From positions 43,738,459 to 43,802,458 of the forward strand of contig NC_092395.1 of NCBI RefSeq assembly GCF_030028105.1: DNA of 64,000 nucleotides. The letters run 5' to 3'. This document shows, one piece after another, positions 37,982 through 51,129 of the stretch (positions within the stretch are counted from its first letter, which is position 1; each line of letters starts with the position of its first letter). A program made the position numbers and the translations under genes. The notes beneath the pieces were generated by a model. That model had not been told where the DNA came from. It did not search any database and was given only the letters and a program-made list of their open reading frames with translations. This stretch comes from Mobula birostris. Its lineage: Eukaryota.

Positions 37982-39273
37982 CTGTCTCTCTCTCTCTCTC
38001 TCTCTCCTGCCTTTCTAACTGCTTCTCTTCGTGTTCTAACTGCCATACCCGGAACTCGTGCTCGAGTCTCAGTTTTTCAAGCTGTACCTGTACTGCGTCT
38101 CCAGAAGGTTTTTCAATAGACACCACCCCCAGCTCGCCTTGGGGAAACACACCCTTAGATACATAGTGCTCTACGATAGCTCTGTGTATCTCCTCTCTCC
38201 TCATTGTCGACTTCCCCTTAGCAAGATTCAACCGTTTGGCCACAGCTACCAATTCCGATTTCCTGGCATCCTCTAATGCCTCCAAGATCGGCGCCTTTAT
38301 AAATTCCTCAGCCTCCATTTCTGCTGTTTGTCTTTTCTTTCTTTCGGGAATTTTAACCCAATCAATTTACCCCGTCCCAAATTTAGCGTTCAAAATCGCG
38401 GACGAGAACCCCACTAATATTACGTACCCCGTAACTGGGTTGCCAAACCAGCAGAAGTGGATCACTCAGTTGGAGTCTGGATTACTAGAACTAAGAAAGT
38501 TTAATTAAAGAAACAAGCAACACAGTAATCGAAAGGATAATAAATGCAACAGTTCAGCAATGATAAACACACGTGCCCAGAATTAAGATAACAGCATCAA
38601 TCAAGCTCTATCGTTGTCTAGGGGTAAATGACCAATTTCAAAGTGACACAAAGTTCAGTCCAATTTAGTTCAGTTCGCAGTAATCGTTGCCATGGTGATG
38701 GACAACGTGGGGGGAGGGAGAGAGAGAACGAGAACGACTGATCATTCAGAACGGCTTCCACTCACAGACCGGCGATATTGCTCACAAGCAGCTTTCGGGC
38801 AGGTCCTTTGTGATGTCACCTGAGGTCACCGACTGTGACCCCTCCTCCAGATGCGGTCGATCCTCTGCAGTGAACCCGGCACCCAAGCGAGGGTGGACAC
38901 ACACCGGGTTCCCGCTGATCGTACCTTTCCACCCTGTGCGTTGTCCGGTACTTCCCACCGACTTGTGAGAGGTGCACCGCTTCCAGGGTCTCGTTACCTC
39001 GGGTGTCGTCGTGTGTCCTTCCTTAGCGAACCTGTCCCTTTCTATCCCCCTGCTGGGGTATCTCCTGTCCATCACTTCAAACAGTTCAGGGTTCAAAGGG
39101 GGAGCCGCTCTAGACAATACCCAGACTGATGGCTCCTTCATTAACATCTCCAAATGCTGCTTCATTGTTCCTTATCTCTCCTTCCCCTGAGGACAGGTGA
39201 CAGACCAACTGCTGATGCCACTGGTGCTAGCCCAGGCCAGCAAACATCTTAATTTATGTGTATTCTCGTCACA
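35926..39273 (-). mobile_element. Gmr1-like LTR retrotransposon (5' LTR, gag-pro, collapsed integrase), 3' end missing
   Basis: LTR at 38418-39273; tRNA-Pro-like PBS TGGGGTTCTCGTCCGCGAT (~38395-38413); gag with SCAN-like region, [14 protein letters not shown] knuckle, protease RDTG. Confidence 0.9.
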
Positions 39274-39469
39274 CCAGCATTCGCCAATGTGTCCTGCTAG
39301 GGGTTCACAATATCACAAGACATTCGCCCAACGAGTCTACTCCGGCACTCCACCATGAGCTAAACTGTTCCCCCATCTAGTTCTTATTTCCAGCTTTTCC
39401 CCATATCCCTCGATACCCTGACTAATTAGATACCTATCAATCTCCTCCTTAAACATACTCAATGATCGG

Positions 39470-40250
39470 GCCTCCGATCACGGTGTTCGCCGAACTACCG
39501 GGCAGTCAATTAATCTGCCATTCACGGAACAGCCCGCGGAGTCTTGTCGATGACTTTTATGTCAATGCTCCCGAATCTTTGAATTACAACCGCAAGGTTC
39601 TCCTCGGAGAGGAGTAAGGTGGCCCATATAATTTCCCTCTTCTTGGGCTGGGCCCTTTTATGGGCAGTGGCTTCATACGACGAATACGTTCCCGGGTATT
39701 CTGATATAAAGTTATTTCCGAGAACGATGAGGGTATACTTTCATCCTTCCTGGGGCGCAGAGTCAGCCAGCAGACTCCTCCAGATGCATCAGGCAGTGCG
39801 ATCTATGGCCGACTATTCCATTGCTTTCCGTACCCTAGTGGCAGAGAGCCGGTGGGAAAATGAAAATTTCATGGATCAGTTTTGACAGGGATTGCGTGGC
39901 CAATTTGAAGACGTTTTGGCAACGAGAGGCCAGGTGGATGATTTGGAGGAACTTGGGGATATCGCCATTAGAATTGACAACCATAATTCCGATGTCACCC
40001 GGAAGACCGGTTCTCAGACTATTGCCTACTTATCTATCGCATCAATCCGATATCCAAAGCAGATCCTCGCAGTCCCGTCCGGAAAAAAAAAAACAGATGC
40101 AACTTAGGAAAAACCCGGCTTTCCTCAACAGAGCGAGCGGGATGTATGACGTAGGGATGTATGACGTAGAGATGTTGCTTATACTGTGGTAAGGCTGTCC
40201 ACGTCTGAGCTACCTGCCCAGAGTTGTCTGGTAAACGTCCAGGACGGCCC
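39470..40250 (+). mobile_element. Degraded sushi-like Gypsy gag relic (duplicated at 49130-49931)
   Basis: HQAVRSMADYSIAFRTLVAESRW, LGDIAIRIDN and EQMQL motifs; paralogue has the same layout. Confidence 0.7.
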
Positions 40251-42699
40251 AGTGAATGCGACACTCTCAAGTCTGTTTCCTGTTCCGTCGAGTCCCAGAA
40301 TGGTTTATCATTGCTATAATTTTTGGGGAGACATCAACATTCTGTGAGAGCCTTGACAACCTCTGGTACGGCGGGAATGTTTTTGGACATAGGACTGTCA
40401 GAGATAAATCCAAATTCTTAAGGTACGGTAATACCAGCCGATCTCTGCTACAGCTGTATGATGGAGTTTCGTTGGAAGCTGGACAATTCCTTTATATTTC
40501 CGTTTCACTCAAGTTGCACATTGAAAGGCAACAGTTGTCACTTGTATATTCAAAATGCAATCATCATTCAGCAAATCTTGACCCCATCCATGTTTTTCAA
40601 TTGAACATACTGAACCACAGAGGCCCATACATTTGATGTCCCATCAAAGACATACTCAGCCAGCACTACTGACTCGAACTTTGTAGGCGGTGGACAGGAT
40701 TTGGTGAGCTTGGAAGTAAGTTACTCGCTACAGAGATTTCAAGCTCCGATCTGCTTTTGTAGCCATGTTGTGTACACGGTAAGACCCATAATAGAAAAAT
40801 TGCATTTGCATCGAGGCAATTAGAAATATCAAAATATAGGAGGCGGCCTATCCTGATTTCATAAAGTTCATAGAGTTAGTTTACACAGTAAGAGCCACTT
40901 TGCCCAAACTGATCCATATCAATCAAGATCTCCATCCAATTCTCCATTGGGTCCTATTTGTCATTGTTTGGCCCGTAACATTCTAAACATTTTCAATAAA
41001 TGTACCTGTAAAAGGTATCTTTTAAAAGTTATTATTGTACATATCTCAACCACTTCCTCTGGCACCTCATTTTACATAGATACTTCTCAGCCATGATGAT
41101 GCCAGCCAGGCTCAAAGAAGTAACCATGCTTGATTTCAGTACCTGCAATTTTCAATATTGTAATCAGCTGTGAAGTCTATCTTACAGCATTTTGCTAAAG
41201 AATGTGGTAGAAATAATTGGCTGTCAGTTGTCTCCCCCACTGACTCTCCAGTTGTTATCCCACAATTCCGCTGGTTTGGAGCGCAGCTGCTTTTGGCTAA
41301 ATGGAGCAGAGTAAATCAGAACTCACCCGTCCCAGGACTGCCTAGGTCCCTCCTTATGCCCATCTACTTTCTATAGAAGCGGTGGGCCATGCATTGGGTG
41401 GATAAGCAAAAGGATGGTCAGGTAGCATGTGAGGCATGTCTAGCAGTGCTGATATCTCACAGCTTCCTTGACCTGGATTTGATCCTGATCTTGTCCATGT
41501 GAACCATGTGACCACCTGTGACTACTTGAGTTTCTCAGTCATGTCTATTTTCCATGCAATGTGCAGATACCTGACTGTACGTTTCCCCTTCGTGCAATAA
41601 AGAAAGAAGAGAATCAAAGTGTGCTGGGTGGTATGTGTCAGGACACTGGAACTGGCGGGAACTTACATGGACCTAATGGGCTGAATAGCCTCATTATGTG
41701 TTTTGCAAAATAGCATTTCCACAATCTATGCTGTAACATTTGGTTACAGTTTTCAGTGTAAAACTACTACAAATGATAAATATTTTGTCCTGAAGAGGGC
41801 ACTGAGATGTCACTGACTGAGAAGAGGAAGGTGTGAGACTTTTCTGATTGTATTGTGGTTATTTGGTGATTTTTTTTCTTCCAAGAACCTCAGGATGCTG
41901 TGAGTAATCGAACGTGGGTATGACTCAATATGGTGAATAACAGAGCACTCAGAAAGGAAAACTCTTTCTGCTGGCGAGGATGCTGCTTCACCTGGAGTCG
42001 ATTTGACAGGTATTCAAACATCCACACAGATACTGACAATTCCACTGAACATAGAGTAATCTGAGTCACTTCGTTATGACGAGGAGATGGATTCTACGGG
42101 CTCCAGCCAATCAGATCTGAGCTGGGACTTAACTGCCAACTGAACAAATTGGGACAAAATGGTCCAAAGGCTTGCTGTGTGGACCTATTTTGAAGTGAGG
42201 TCCACTATTGATTAGTTAGGTGAGATCTTTTGGTCAGTGATGTGTCATGAATGGAAGTAAGTAGATTTCTTCATGATCATTGGTTTAGGAGATAAGTAGA
42301 ACACCCAGTCCTTTGAATCTGCTCCACCATTCAATAACATTTAGGATGATCTTCATGTCTTATTACTCCATGTTTCAGGTAACCTTTCACCTTCATCCTG
42401 ACATAAAAATATCAATTGATTCTGCTTCCACGTCCACTTGGAGAAAAGGAGTTCGAAAGCTTCATGGCTCTCTGAGAGAGAAACACACTTAGTTTCACAG
42501 CTGTCCTAAGTAGGCAGCTCCTGATTTTTAAAGACCAACACCTTGACAAAGCCATATTGCTGAGAACTATTTAGAATGAAGGTGCGATAAATTCCCTCTC
42601 AGTCTTCAAAACTGCAGTGTATTCAGACTTTACTTTCCCTTACAAAATGACCTACACATCAGAGCACTGAATTCAGTAAAAGGAGAGAGGAAGTAGGGC

Positions 42700-43560
42700 T
42701 CCTCCTTCAAGCTGGTAAAACTATTGGAGAGGAAACAGGGATTTGATTTTGTCAGATTTGGGAAAGCATGTGCTTATTTGTAATGGTCAGATGGCGATCC
42801 ATGGGATTCAGAGCTGGGCACTTTCTTTTTTATGATGTACAGAAAATGACTTGAATAAAACTAGAGAGTGGCTGATTTGCAGCTTTGCAGATGGTAAGAG
42901 GAATACAAAGTGGTATTTGGGGTACACGAATTATGATATTACCGGTGCTCCTTTCATCAGAAACACGGAATGCTGAATTTAGATAAGCTACCTGGATTGA
43001 CAGACAAGCCAACCAGACCAGATGGACTACACCCCAGGGTTCTGAAAGAGATAGCTGATAAGATTGTGGATGATTTAGTAGTTATCTTTCCAGAATAAGT
43101 AGATTCTGTAATGGTTATGGAGTACAGTACTGAAAATTGCAAATGTCAGACCACAATTTAAGATGAGTGGAATGTAAAAGACGGTTGGCAAAATGCTAGA
43201 GTCTATTCCTAAGGATGAACAACTATGGTATGTTTAATGTTTAATGCTTAAAGAATGCCTAATCTACAACGTATTTACAGTATGACTCAAATATCAGTGA
43301 AATATTAAATATACAACAAATAGGGTCAAAATTCAGTACATTTCCCAGGGTAGAAATATTAAATACTAGAGGACATGCATTGAAAGTGAGAGGAATAAAG
43401 TTTAATAGATATAAAAGGGGGAAATTTTTTTTTTACAGGAGTAGGTGACCAAGTGCAGTGAAGGATGCAGATTTGAAAGAAGATTTTAGATGGAAAATAT
43501 TATGCAAGAGTGGAAGGATATGGATCATACAAGAAGGAAAGATTTAGTTTCATTTGGTAT
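42700..43560 (+). mobile_element. Old CR1 relic (paralogue at ~62800-63500)
   Basis: Degenerate CR1 RT-type nucleotide motifs shared between units B and C. Confidence 0.5.
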
Positions 43561-45611
43561 GATGTTCAGCACAGATTTCTGTGACAAAGGACCTGTTTTG
43601 GTGCATTGCTCTGGTATTTCAGAGATTTTTAGATTAATGAGCTAACCATCCAACATTGTCATAAATAATCACATCCAAGATTCTTTCATTACCACTTGAA
43701 AGAATAGTCTTTTCTATCAGTGCTGCAGCCTCGGTTGAGATACAGGTTAAATAATTGGGTCCGCTTAGAGCAGAATATGGGGTTGTGTGTTTAATAGGAA
43801 CTGTCAAATGTTTAAGGCCTTGCTGTCAGGAAATTTCATGGGATGTTGGATGTAGACAAGGAAACCATCAATTATCAATCTAAGGTACAGTTTCAAAGAT
43901 GAAAAACAATGTCGTCATACTGAATGCAAGGTAAAAGCAGCACAGAGCAGAGAAAGAGCAAATATTGCTCTTTAGGTGGGGTTTTAAAAGTCCATCAGCA
44001 GAAGTGAATAAGTAACAACTCTTCAAAGTTGACTGAGCCCTGAACATCATAGTTACCAAGTAAGACATTAGAAATACACATGGAATCAGATCTTAACTCT
44101 CCTCAGATTAGCCAATCCACAAATACATTTCTTCAAGAGAGTAAATGGGTGGCAACATATGTGGACAAAGTCATAAATTAACGTCAAGGATTCCCTTTAT
44201 TTTGTTCTGTGGCAGCAACAGCATACAAAATTATATAGTTGCAAAATGGATCTCAGAAACAGCACATGTAGTATTGGATATCAGCAGAAGCACCTTTTAA
44301 TTCCACGTCAATTTGTATCCTCGTTACAGAGCATACCATCACTCCAGCAGTACAATCAAACAAAGCTGCTGACCCTGATTCAATGTGAAATATAGAAGAG
44401 TATATGAGCAGGACTTGTCATATCTAAAAAAAATTCTGGAATCCTGAGGTGACCGCCCTGAGTGCATCTAGCAGTTGAGACGCATAAAGTTAACCAGCAT
44501 GCCAAAATCTATTTATCTGAACACAGGGGTTAAGCCCATTAAAGGTAAGAAAGAGAAAATTAATAATGGAGTTGCAAATTATAGATTTGTGAAAACAATG
44601 ATGTGTTTGCCATTTGTCAGCGTGAACACAAAAAAAACATCATTATTCAATGGTAGTGAAAAAAACAATACTGAATGAACAAAGCAATGCAGACAGCACA
44701 CGTGGAGGCAAAATTTGTATATAGAATTTTTGTTGTACAGAGAAGAAATATCATGACTGAGAAGGAGGAGGATATATTACCCATGTACAGCAGTAGTGGG
44801 AAGGGAATGTGGACAAATGGAGAGGTAAATGAGTGTAGTGGTGATTTGAAAGCTATTACAGCTTGTGGCATTGAATGTCAGAGTTGCATTGCGATGTCAT
44901 CTGGAAGGAGTCTGTCTGTCCTCCCCATGGAATTCAAGTTTCAAGGTTCATGGTACATTTATTATCGAAGTATGTATGCAATATACTACTTTGTGACTCA
45001 CCTTCTCCAGACAGCCATGAAACAAAGAAAACCATACAAGCCATTCAGAGAAGAACACCCCCCCCCCCGTCCCCATGTACAAAATATAAACAAATCGTGC
45101 AAACATCAGGCAGCGAATTGTGCAAAGAGCACCAAGAACAACAAACCTCCCCAAAAGAGAAACAAATCATGTAAAATGTGCAAATGTAAGTTAGGCATTT
45201 GGCAGCAAGAACAACAACTCCCCACTACACCAACGTTATCACATACAAAATAAACCAAAAGAAATAGTGTAACCAGCAACAAAAAAGAATAGACAAAAAC
45301 ACGGAATATAACACACAGAAGTCGAAGAGTCCAGTTGAACTACAGCATAATCCATTAATCACCCACTCAGAACATCGATATTATCCTCCCACAGTTCAGA
45401 GGAGAGAGTCCATTCGAACACAGCGTCCTTCCCTTGGGAGCAGCGAGTGAGAGACCGTCACATGCAGACACCCTCTCCAGCAACAGCGAGCAAAAAGCTG
45501 CTAGATTCACTCACCTTCAGGTTCTTCCAATTTCCATCCAGTCTAAAGGTGTACAAGTTCTAATAAATCAGCCCCACATCCTGGGCCTCCTCACCTCACT
45601 CTGCAACTGGA

Positions 45612-47880
45612 TTAGAAAGATAGAATGCCGACAGAACAATAAAGCTCCTTTGTCGCACAAAGCTATGCCGAACATGTCCTTACTTGAGAAATCACCTTGG
45701 GTTACCCATAGCCCGCTATTTTTTCCAGGCTCCATGTACCTATCCAGGAGTCTCTTAGAAGACCCTGTCGTATCTGCCTCCACCACCATCACCAGCAGAC
45801 CATTCCACGCACTCAGCACTCTGCACAAAAAAACTTACCCCCAACATCTCCGCTGTACTTACTTCCAAACACGTTAAAACTGTGCCCTCTTGTGTTAGCC
45901 ACACAATCAATGCCTCTCATCATTTTATACACCCCTATCAGGTCACCTCTCATCTTCCATCGATTCAAGGAGAAAAGGCGGAGTTCACTCAACCTGTTCT
46001 TATAAGGCATTCTCCCCAGTCCAGGCAATCGCAATGTAAACTTCCTTTGCAGCTTCTCTATGGTTTCCACAGTCTTCCTGTAGTGAGGCGACCAGAAGTC
46101 AGCACAGTACTCTAAGTGGGGTCTGACCAGAATCCTCTATAGCTGCAACATTTCCTCTTATCTCCTAAACTCAATTCCATGATTGATGAAACTGAATGCC
46201 TTCTTAACCACAAAGTCAATCTGCGTAGCAGCTTTGAGGGTCTTATGGACTTGGACCCCAAGATCCCTCTGATCCTCCACACTGGCAAGATCTTACAATG
46301 AATACTATATTGTGTCATCATATTTGATCTCCGATGATGAACCACCTGACAGTTATTTGGGATGAACTCCATCAGCCACTTCTCAGCCCAGTTTTGTATT
46401 CTATCGATGTCCCGCTGTGACCTTTACAGCCCTCCACACCATCCAAAACACCCTCAAGCATTGTGTAATCAGCAAATTCACTAACCCATCCCTGCATTTA
46501 CAGACCCAGGTCATTTATAAAAGTCACGAAGAGTAAGGCTCCCAGAATAGGTCCCTGACGCACACCGGAGTTCAACGACCTGCATGGAGAATATGACCCA
46601 TCTACAACCAAACTTTGCCTTCTGTGGGCAAGCCAATTCTGGATCCACAAAGCCTTGGAACCTATGCCTCTATACTTTCTTAATAAGTGTTGCATGGGGT
46701 ACCTTACCAAATGCCTTGCTGAAATACATATACACTATATCTACTGCTCTATCTTCATCAATGTGTTTAGTCACATCTTCAAAAAAATCATTCAGGCTTG
46801 TAAGGCACGACCTGCCTTTGGCAAAGCCATGGTGACTATTCCTAATCATATTATGCCTCTCCAAATGTTCATAAATCCTTCCTCTCACGATCTTTTCCAT
46901 CAACTTACCAATATACTGAAACAACACTCACAGATCTGTAATTTCCTTGGCTATCTCGACTCCGTTTCTTGAATAAGAGAAAAAAAATCCATAACTCTGC
47001 AATCATCAGGAAGCTCTCCCGTCCCAATTGATGATGCAAAGATCATCGCCAGAGGCTTAACAATCTCCTCCTTCGCCTCCCACAGTAAGCCTGGGGTACA
47101 TCTCGTCCAGTCCCGGTGACTTATCCAACTTGATGTTTTCCAAATCTCCAGGACATCCTCTTCCTCAATATCTACATGCTCAAGCTTCTCAGTTCGCTGC
47201 AAGTCATCTCTACAATGACCAAGATCCTTTTCTGTACTGAATACTGAAGCAAAACATTCATAGAGTACCTCTGCTATCTCCTCCGGTTCCATACACACTT
47301 CTCCATTGTCATAATTGATTGGACCTATTCCCTCACAGTTTATCCTCTTGCTCTTCACAGAATTGTAGAATGCAATGGGGTTTTCCTTAGTGCTGTCCAC
47401 CAAGGCCTTCTCATGGCTCCTTCTGGCTCTCCTAATTTCATTCTTAAGCTCCTTCCTGCTAGCCTTATAATGCTCAAGATCTCTATCATTACCTAGTTAT
47501 TTTAACCATTCATAAGCGTTTCTTTTCCTCTTGACTAGTTTTACAACAGACTTTGTACACCATGATTCCTGTTCCCTACCGTCCTTTCCGTCTCTCATTG
47601 GAATGTATCTAGGCAAAACTCCACGCAAGTATCCCCTGAGCATTTGCCACATTTCTGTAGTACATTTCCCTGAGAATATCTGTTCTCATTTTATGCTTCA
47701 AAGTTCCTGCGTAATAGCCTCATATTTCCTCTTACTCCAATTAAATGCTTTGTTTGTTCTTGTCCCTCTCCAATGCTCTGGTAAAGGAGATAGGATTGTG
47801 ATCACTATCGCCAAAATGTTCACCCACTGAGAGATCTGACAGCTGACCGGGTTCATTTCCCAATGCCAGATCAAGTTGTA
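45612..47880 (-). mobile_element. CR1 LINE, 5'-truncated (~2.3 kb)
   Basis: KENPIAFYNSVKSKR, HHGFAKGRSCLTSL, DIVYMYFSKAFGKVPH and RGDLIGVYKMMRGID; inserted into the Rex1 relic of unit B. Confidence 0.9.
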
Positions 47881-49049
47881 CGCTTCTTGGCTTTCTCAAT
47901 AGGAGACCACTGTCTGTGCAGAGTAGAAATATGACCTCCTCCTCACTGACAATCAACACTTGTCCACCTCAAGGATGAGTTCTTAGCCACTGCCCTACTG
48001 TCTCTACACCCATTACTGTATGGCTAGGCACAGCTTAAATATCATGTATAAATTTGCGGATCACACATCTATTCTTGGCAGAAATTCAAACTGTTATGAT
48101 AAGGCATACCAGAGCGAGATTGGCTGGTTGAGTGGGATTGCATCAACAACCTTGTATTCAGTATCAGTAGGATCAAGGAATTGATTGCGGACTTCAGGGA
48201 GGGGAAGTCGAGGGATCACAAACCAGTCGTCATCGGGAGATCAAACGTGGAAAGTTTGGAGCAATTTGAAGTTCCTGTGTGTCAGCATCGCTGAGGATTT
48301 ATCCTCGGCTCATCACATTGATGGAATTTTAAAGAAGGCACGATAGTGGCTATAATTCATCTGAAGTTTGAGAAGAATTCGCATGTCACCAAACACACTC
48401 GCAAATTTCTACAGATGTAATGATGAGAGCTTTCCGTCTGGTTGCATTACTGTATGGTTTGGAGGGGCATTGCACAAGATCAGAAAAAAGCTACAGAAAT
48501 TTGTAAACACTGCTAACTTCATCATAGGCACAAGACTCCCCGGCATCACGACAGCTTCAAAAGACAGTGCCTCAAGAAGGTGGCATCGGTGATTAAGGAC
48601 CCCTATCACTCAATACATGTCCCCTTCTCAACGTTACCATTAAGGAGGTGGCAACAGTCTGAAGAAACCCTCAATTTTGAAAGCTTCTCCCCCTTTGCTA
48701 CCAGCCTTCTAAATGGACAATGAATCCATAAACACTTCCTCAGTATCTTTCTCTCTCCTCTACTTTTTGAAGTACTTTTAATTTATTTCCTTTTTATTTA
48801 TTCAACTCATGTAATTCATAGCTTTTATGTCAATATAGTGTAATGCACTGCTGCATTAACAGTAAGTTTCCCGACATATGCCGGTGATATTAGTCCTAAT
48901 TCTCATTCCGCTGGTAGCTTAATTGGTCAGAGTAAATTATCCCATGATTAAATCAAGGTTAATTCACAGGCTGCTGGGCTGTGCGGCTCGAGGAGCTGGA
49001 AGGGCTTTTTCTGCGCTGTCTCACTAAATACATGCAAATAAAATAGGTA

Positions 49050-49052
<3 letters not shown>

Positions 49053-49104
<52 letters not shown>
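49053..49104. repeat. (GT)n microsatellite
   Basis: Directly visible; positionally paralogous to 27003-27074. Confidence 0.98.
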
Positions 49105-49105
<1 letters not shown>

Positions 49106-49931
49106 CGTGTCTTTGTGATGAATTCTGCCGGCCAGCGAGGAACGTCGGATAGCGGAAATTGATTAACTTCTCACGGCACTGGCCTGCCTCGGATAGGCAG
49201 CTGGACTGCACGAGCAGCTTGTTCAGGAAACACTTGCCTCATTGCGGAAGGACTCTGGTTTCGAGCATTCGTCAATGTATCCAGCTACGTGTTCCCAGAA
49301 CTATCCTGGAAAGTCAACTAACCTACCGGCCCTGGTACAATGGAAACTTGTGTCTCAAGGCGGATTCTTAAGTGAGCGATCCCAAGTCTTTGAACCGCAA
49401 ACCGCAATGTCCTCCTCAGAGAAGTAAGGTAGCCTTTATAATTTTCCTCATCTCGGGCTCGACTGTTTCATGGGCAACGACTTTGTGGGAGAATGACGCT
49501 TCTGCTATTTCTAAGAATGAGGTGGAGAATATTCCTTCTTCCTGCTGGGGGCCCACAGCCAGCTAGCAGACTCCTAAGCTGCATCAGGGAGTGTGACTGA
49601 TGGCTGACTATTGCATTCATTTCGTTCGTCTAGTGGGAGAGTGCAGGTGGGACAAAAATGTTTTGATTGCTCTGTACACAGGGTGATTAAAGGACCACTT
49701 CAAAAACTTTCTTGAAACAAGGGAACAGGTGGAGGATTGAGGAAGTTATGGACTTGACCATAAGAGTTGACAGTCATAATTCCGATTTCACCCGGAAGGC
49801 CGGTCCTGAGAACCATTCAATCCAATAACCAACGTACAATTTGCTATATGTGCGGAACAACCCATGCAGCTTGGAAGAACCCTGTCTCTCCAGCAGAAGG
49901 AAAGGAATATATGAGTTAGATACGTTGCTTA

Positions 49932-50887
49932 TGTCAGGGGGTTTCTTCTCTTAGGCTCATTAAAATGGCTTCTTTGTTATGTTAAACCCTGAGAAAGTTT
50001 TTGCGCTCGCAGCTTGTTTTGGTTTACAGTGTGAAAAGAATATGCTACGAATCAATTGGGATAGTGGTTACGCTTTTGGTGTATTTGAAGATAATGTATG
50101 CGCGGGGTTTTGTGGCAGAAGGCGGGAGAGAGAGAAATAGGATGGACCAGGTGCTGTGATGTCCGCTAACGGGATCGGACCCCGAGGAGAGCGTTCGGCG
50201 AGGAGGCGGAGACGGACTTGTGTGGAGCGTCTGATCGACCACCGTTGTAGGTCCCAGGGGGCCGGTCGAGGTGGTCCGTGGGGTCGCAGGGTGAAGAAGA
50301 AGGGTCCTGAGCTCCAACTGTTTGTGCACGAACAGACAATACAGCATATACGATTAAATAATTACAATTTATAGATATTACTGGAACTATGTAATTAGTA
50401 GAGATACAATACAAAAGGAAAGTAAAAGGCGCCAAACTTATCAAAGTTCAACCTCTTCGTGCACAAGCAGTTTGAAGCTCTAGTAACGGGGTCGACTTTC
50501 CACCATTCGATCCCCTCCGACCTCCTCGACCCGCCGCCTGAGACCAACCACGGTGGTCGACCAGACGCTCCACACGAGTCTGTCTTCGTCTCCTCTACTC
50601 ACCGAAGACCCTAGACCTCAGACTCCAGCTCGAGGTCCGCCCCGTCGGCCAGCTCACAGCATCGCGTACACTCCCTCTCTCCCCCATCACGCTTTCTCCA
50701 CAAAAACCCGCGCATACAATAGCTTACAGACACACAAAAAAAAAGAATAACCAATTGGTTAGCAACTGAATACAACTCTCTATAACCCAAACAACCTGCT
50801 AGCGAGAGAACTTTCTAAGCAGTTAACATAACAGAGAAGCCATTTTTATCAGCCTGCGCAGTAACATAAAGGAAGAAATCCCTCACA
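49932..50887. mobile_element. Fold-back element made of two oppositely oriented LTR sequences
   Basis: Left end TGTCAGGGGGTTTCTTC; right end is the reverse complement of TGTGAGGGATTTCTTCC. Internal inverted homology between ~50170-50335 and ~50440-50610. Flanks are CTTA and CTCA. Confidence 0.75.
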
Positions 50888-51129
50888 CTCATAATCCTTG
50901 GATTAACTGGTCCTCTGGCAGCATTCACGGTTGGTCAAACCTGTGCCGAGATAAATGCCCGTGAGATACCGAGTTGCCTTCCTGAGTTTCTGAGACGCCT
51001 ACCCGAGTTTCCAGGAAGACTGCCCGATTTAATAAGTGACCTGCTATGAACCATCTCCAGTCGCCAGTGGCGTTGGTTCCTGATTCCTCAAGACCGGATG
51101 TGAACTCAGTTGAGCTGTCTGCAGTGCCT

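Larger units (their letters stand above)
39470..49104. repeat. Old tandem segmental duplication, unit B
   Basis: 40640-49104 aligns to unit A; 39470-40250 aligns to 49130-49931; 41950-43300 aligns to ~61990-63500. Confidence 0.8.

Noticed and set aside
40256-40636. 126-aa ORF in unique-looking sequence as a host exon
   Set aside because: No recognisable domain, no clear splice context, and no open paralogue identified.
40804-40811. Ig-promoter octamer ATTTGCAT (another at 20551-20558)
   Set aside because: No leader or V exon nearby; expected by chance in AT-rich DNA, and the paralogue at 20143 reads ATTTACAT.
41900-42120. Two AP-1 motifs plus a CCAAT box as a possible enhancer
   Set aside because: Short motifs at chance frequency; only the CCAAT is evident in the unit C paralogue.
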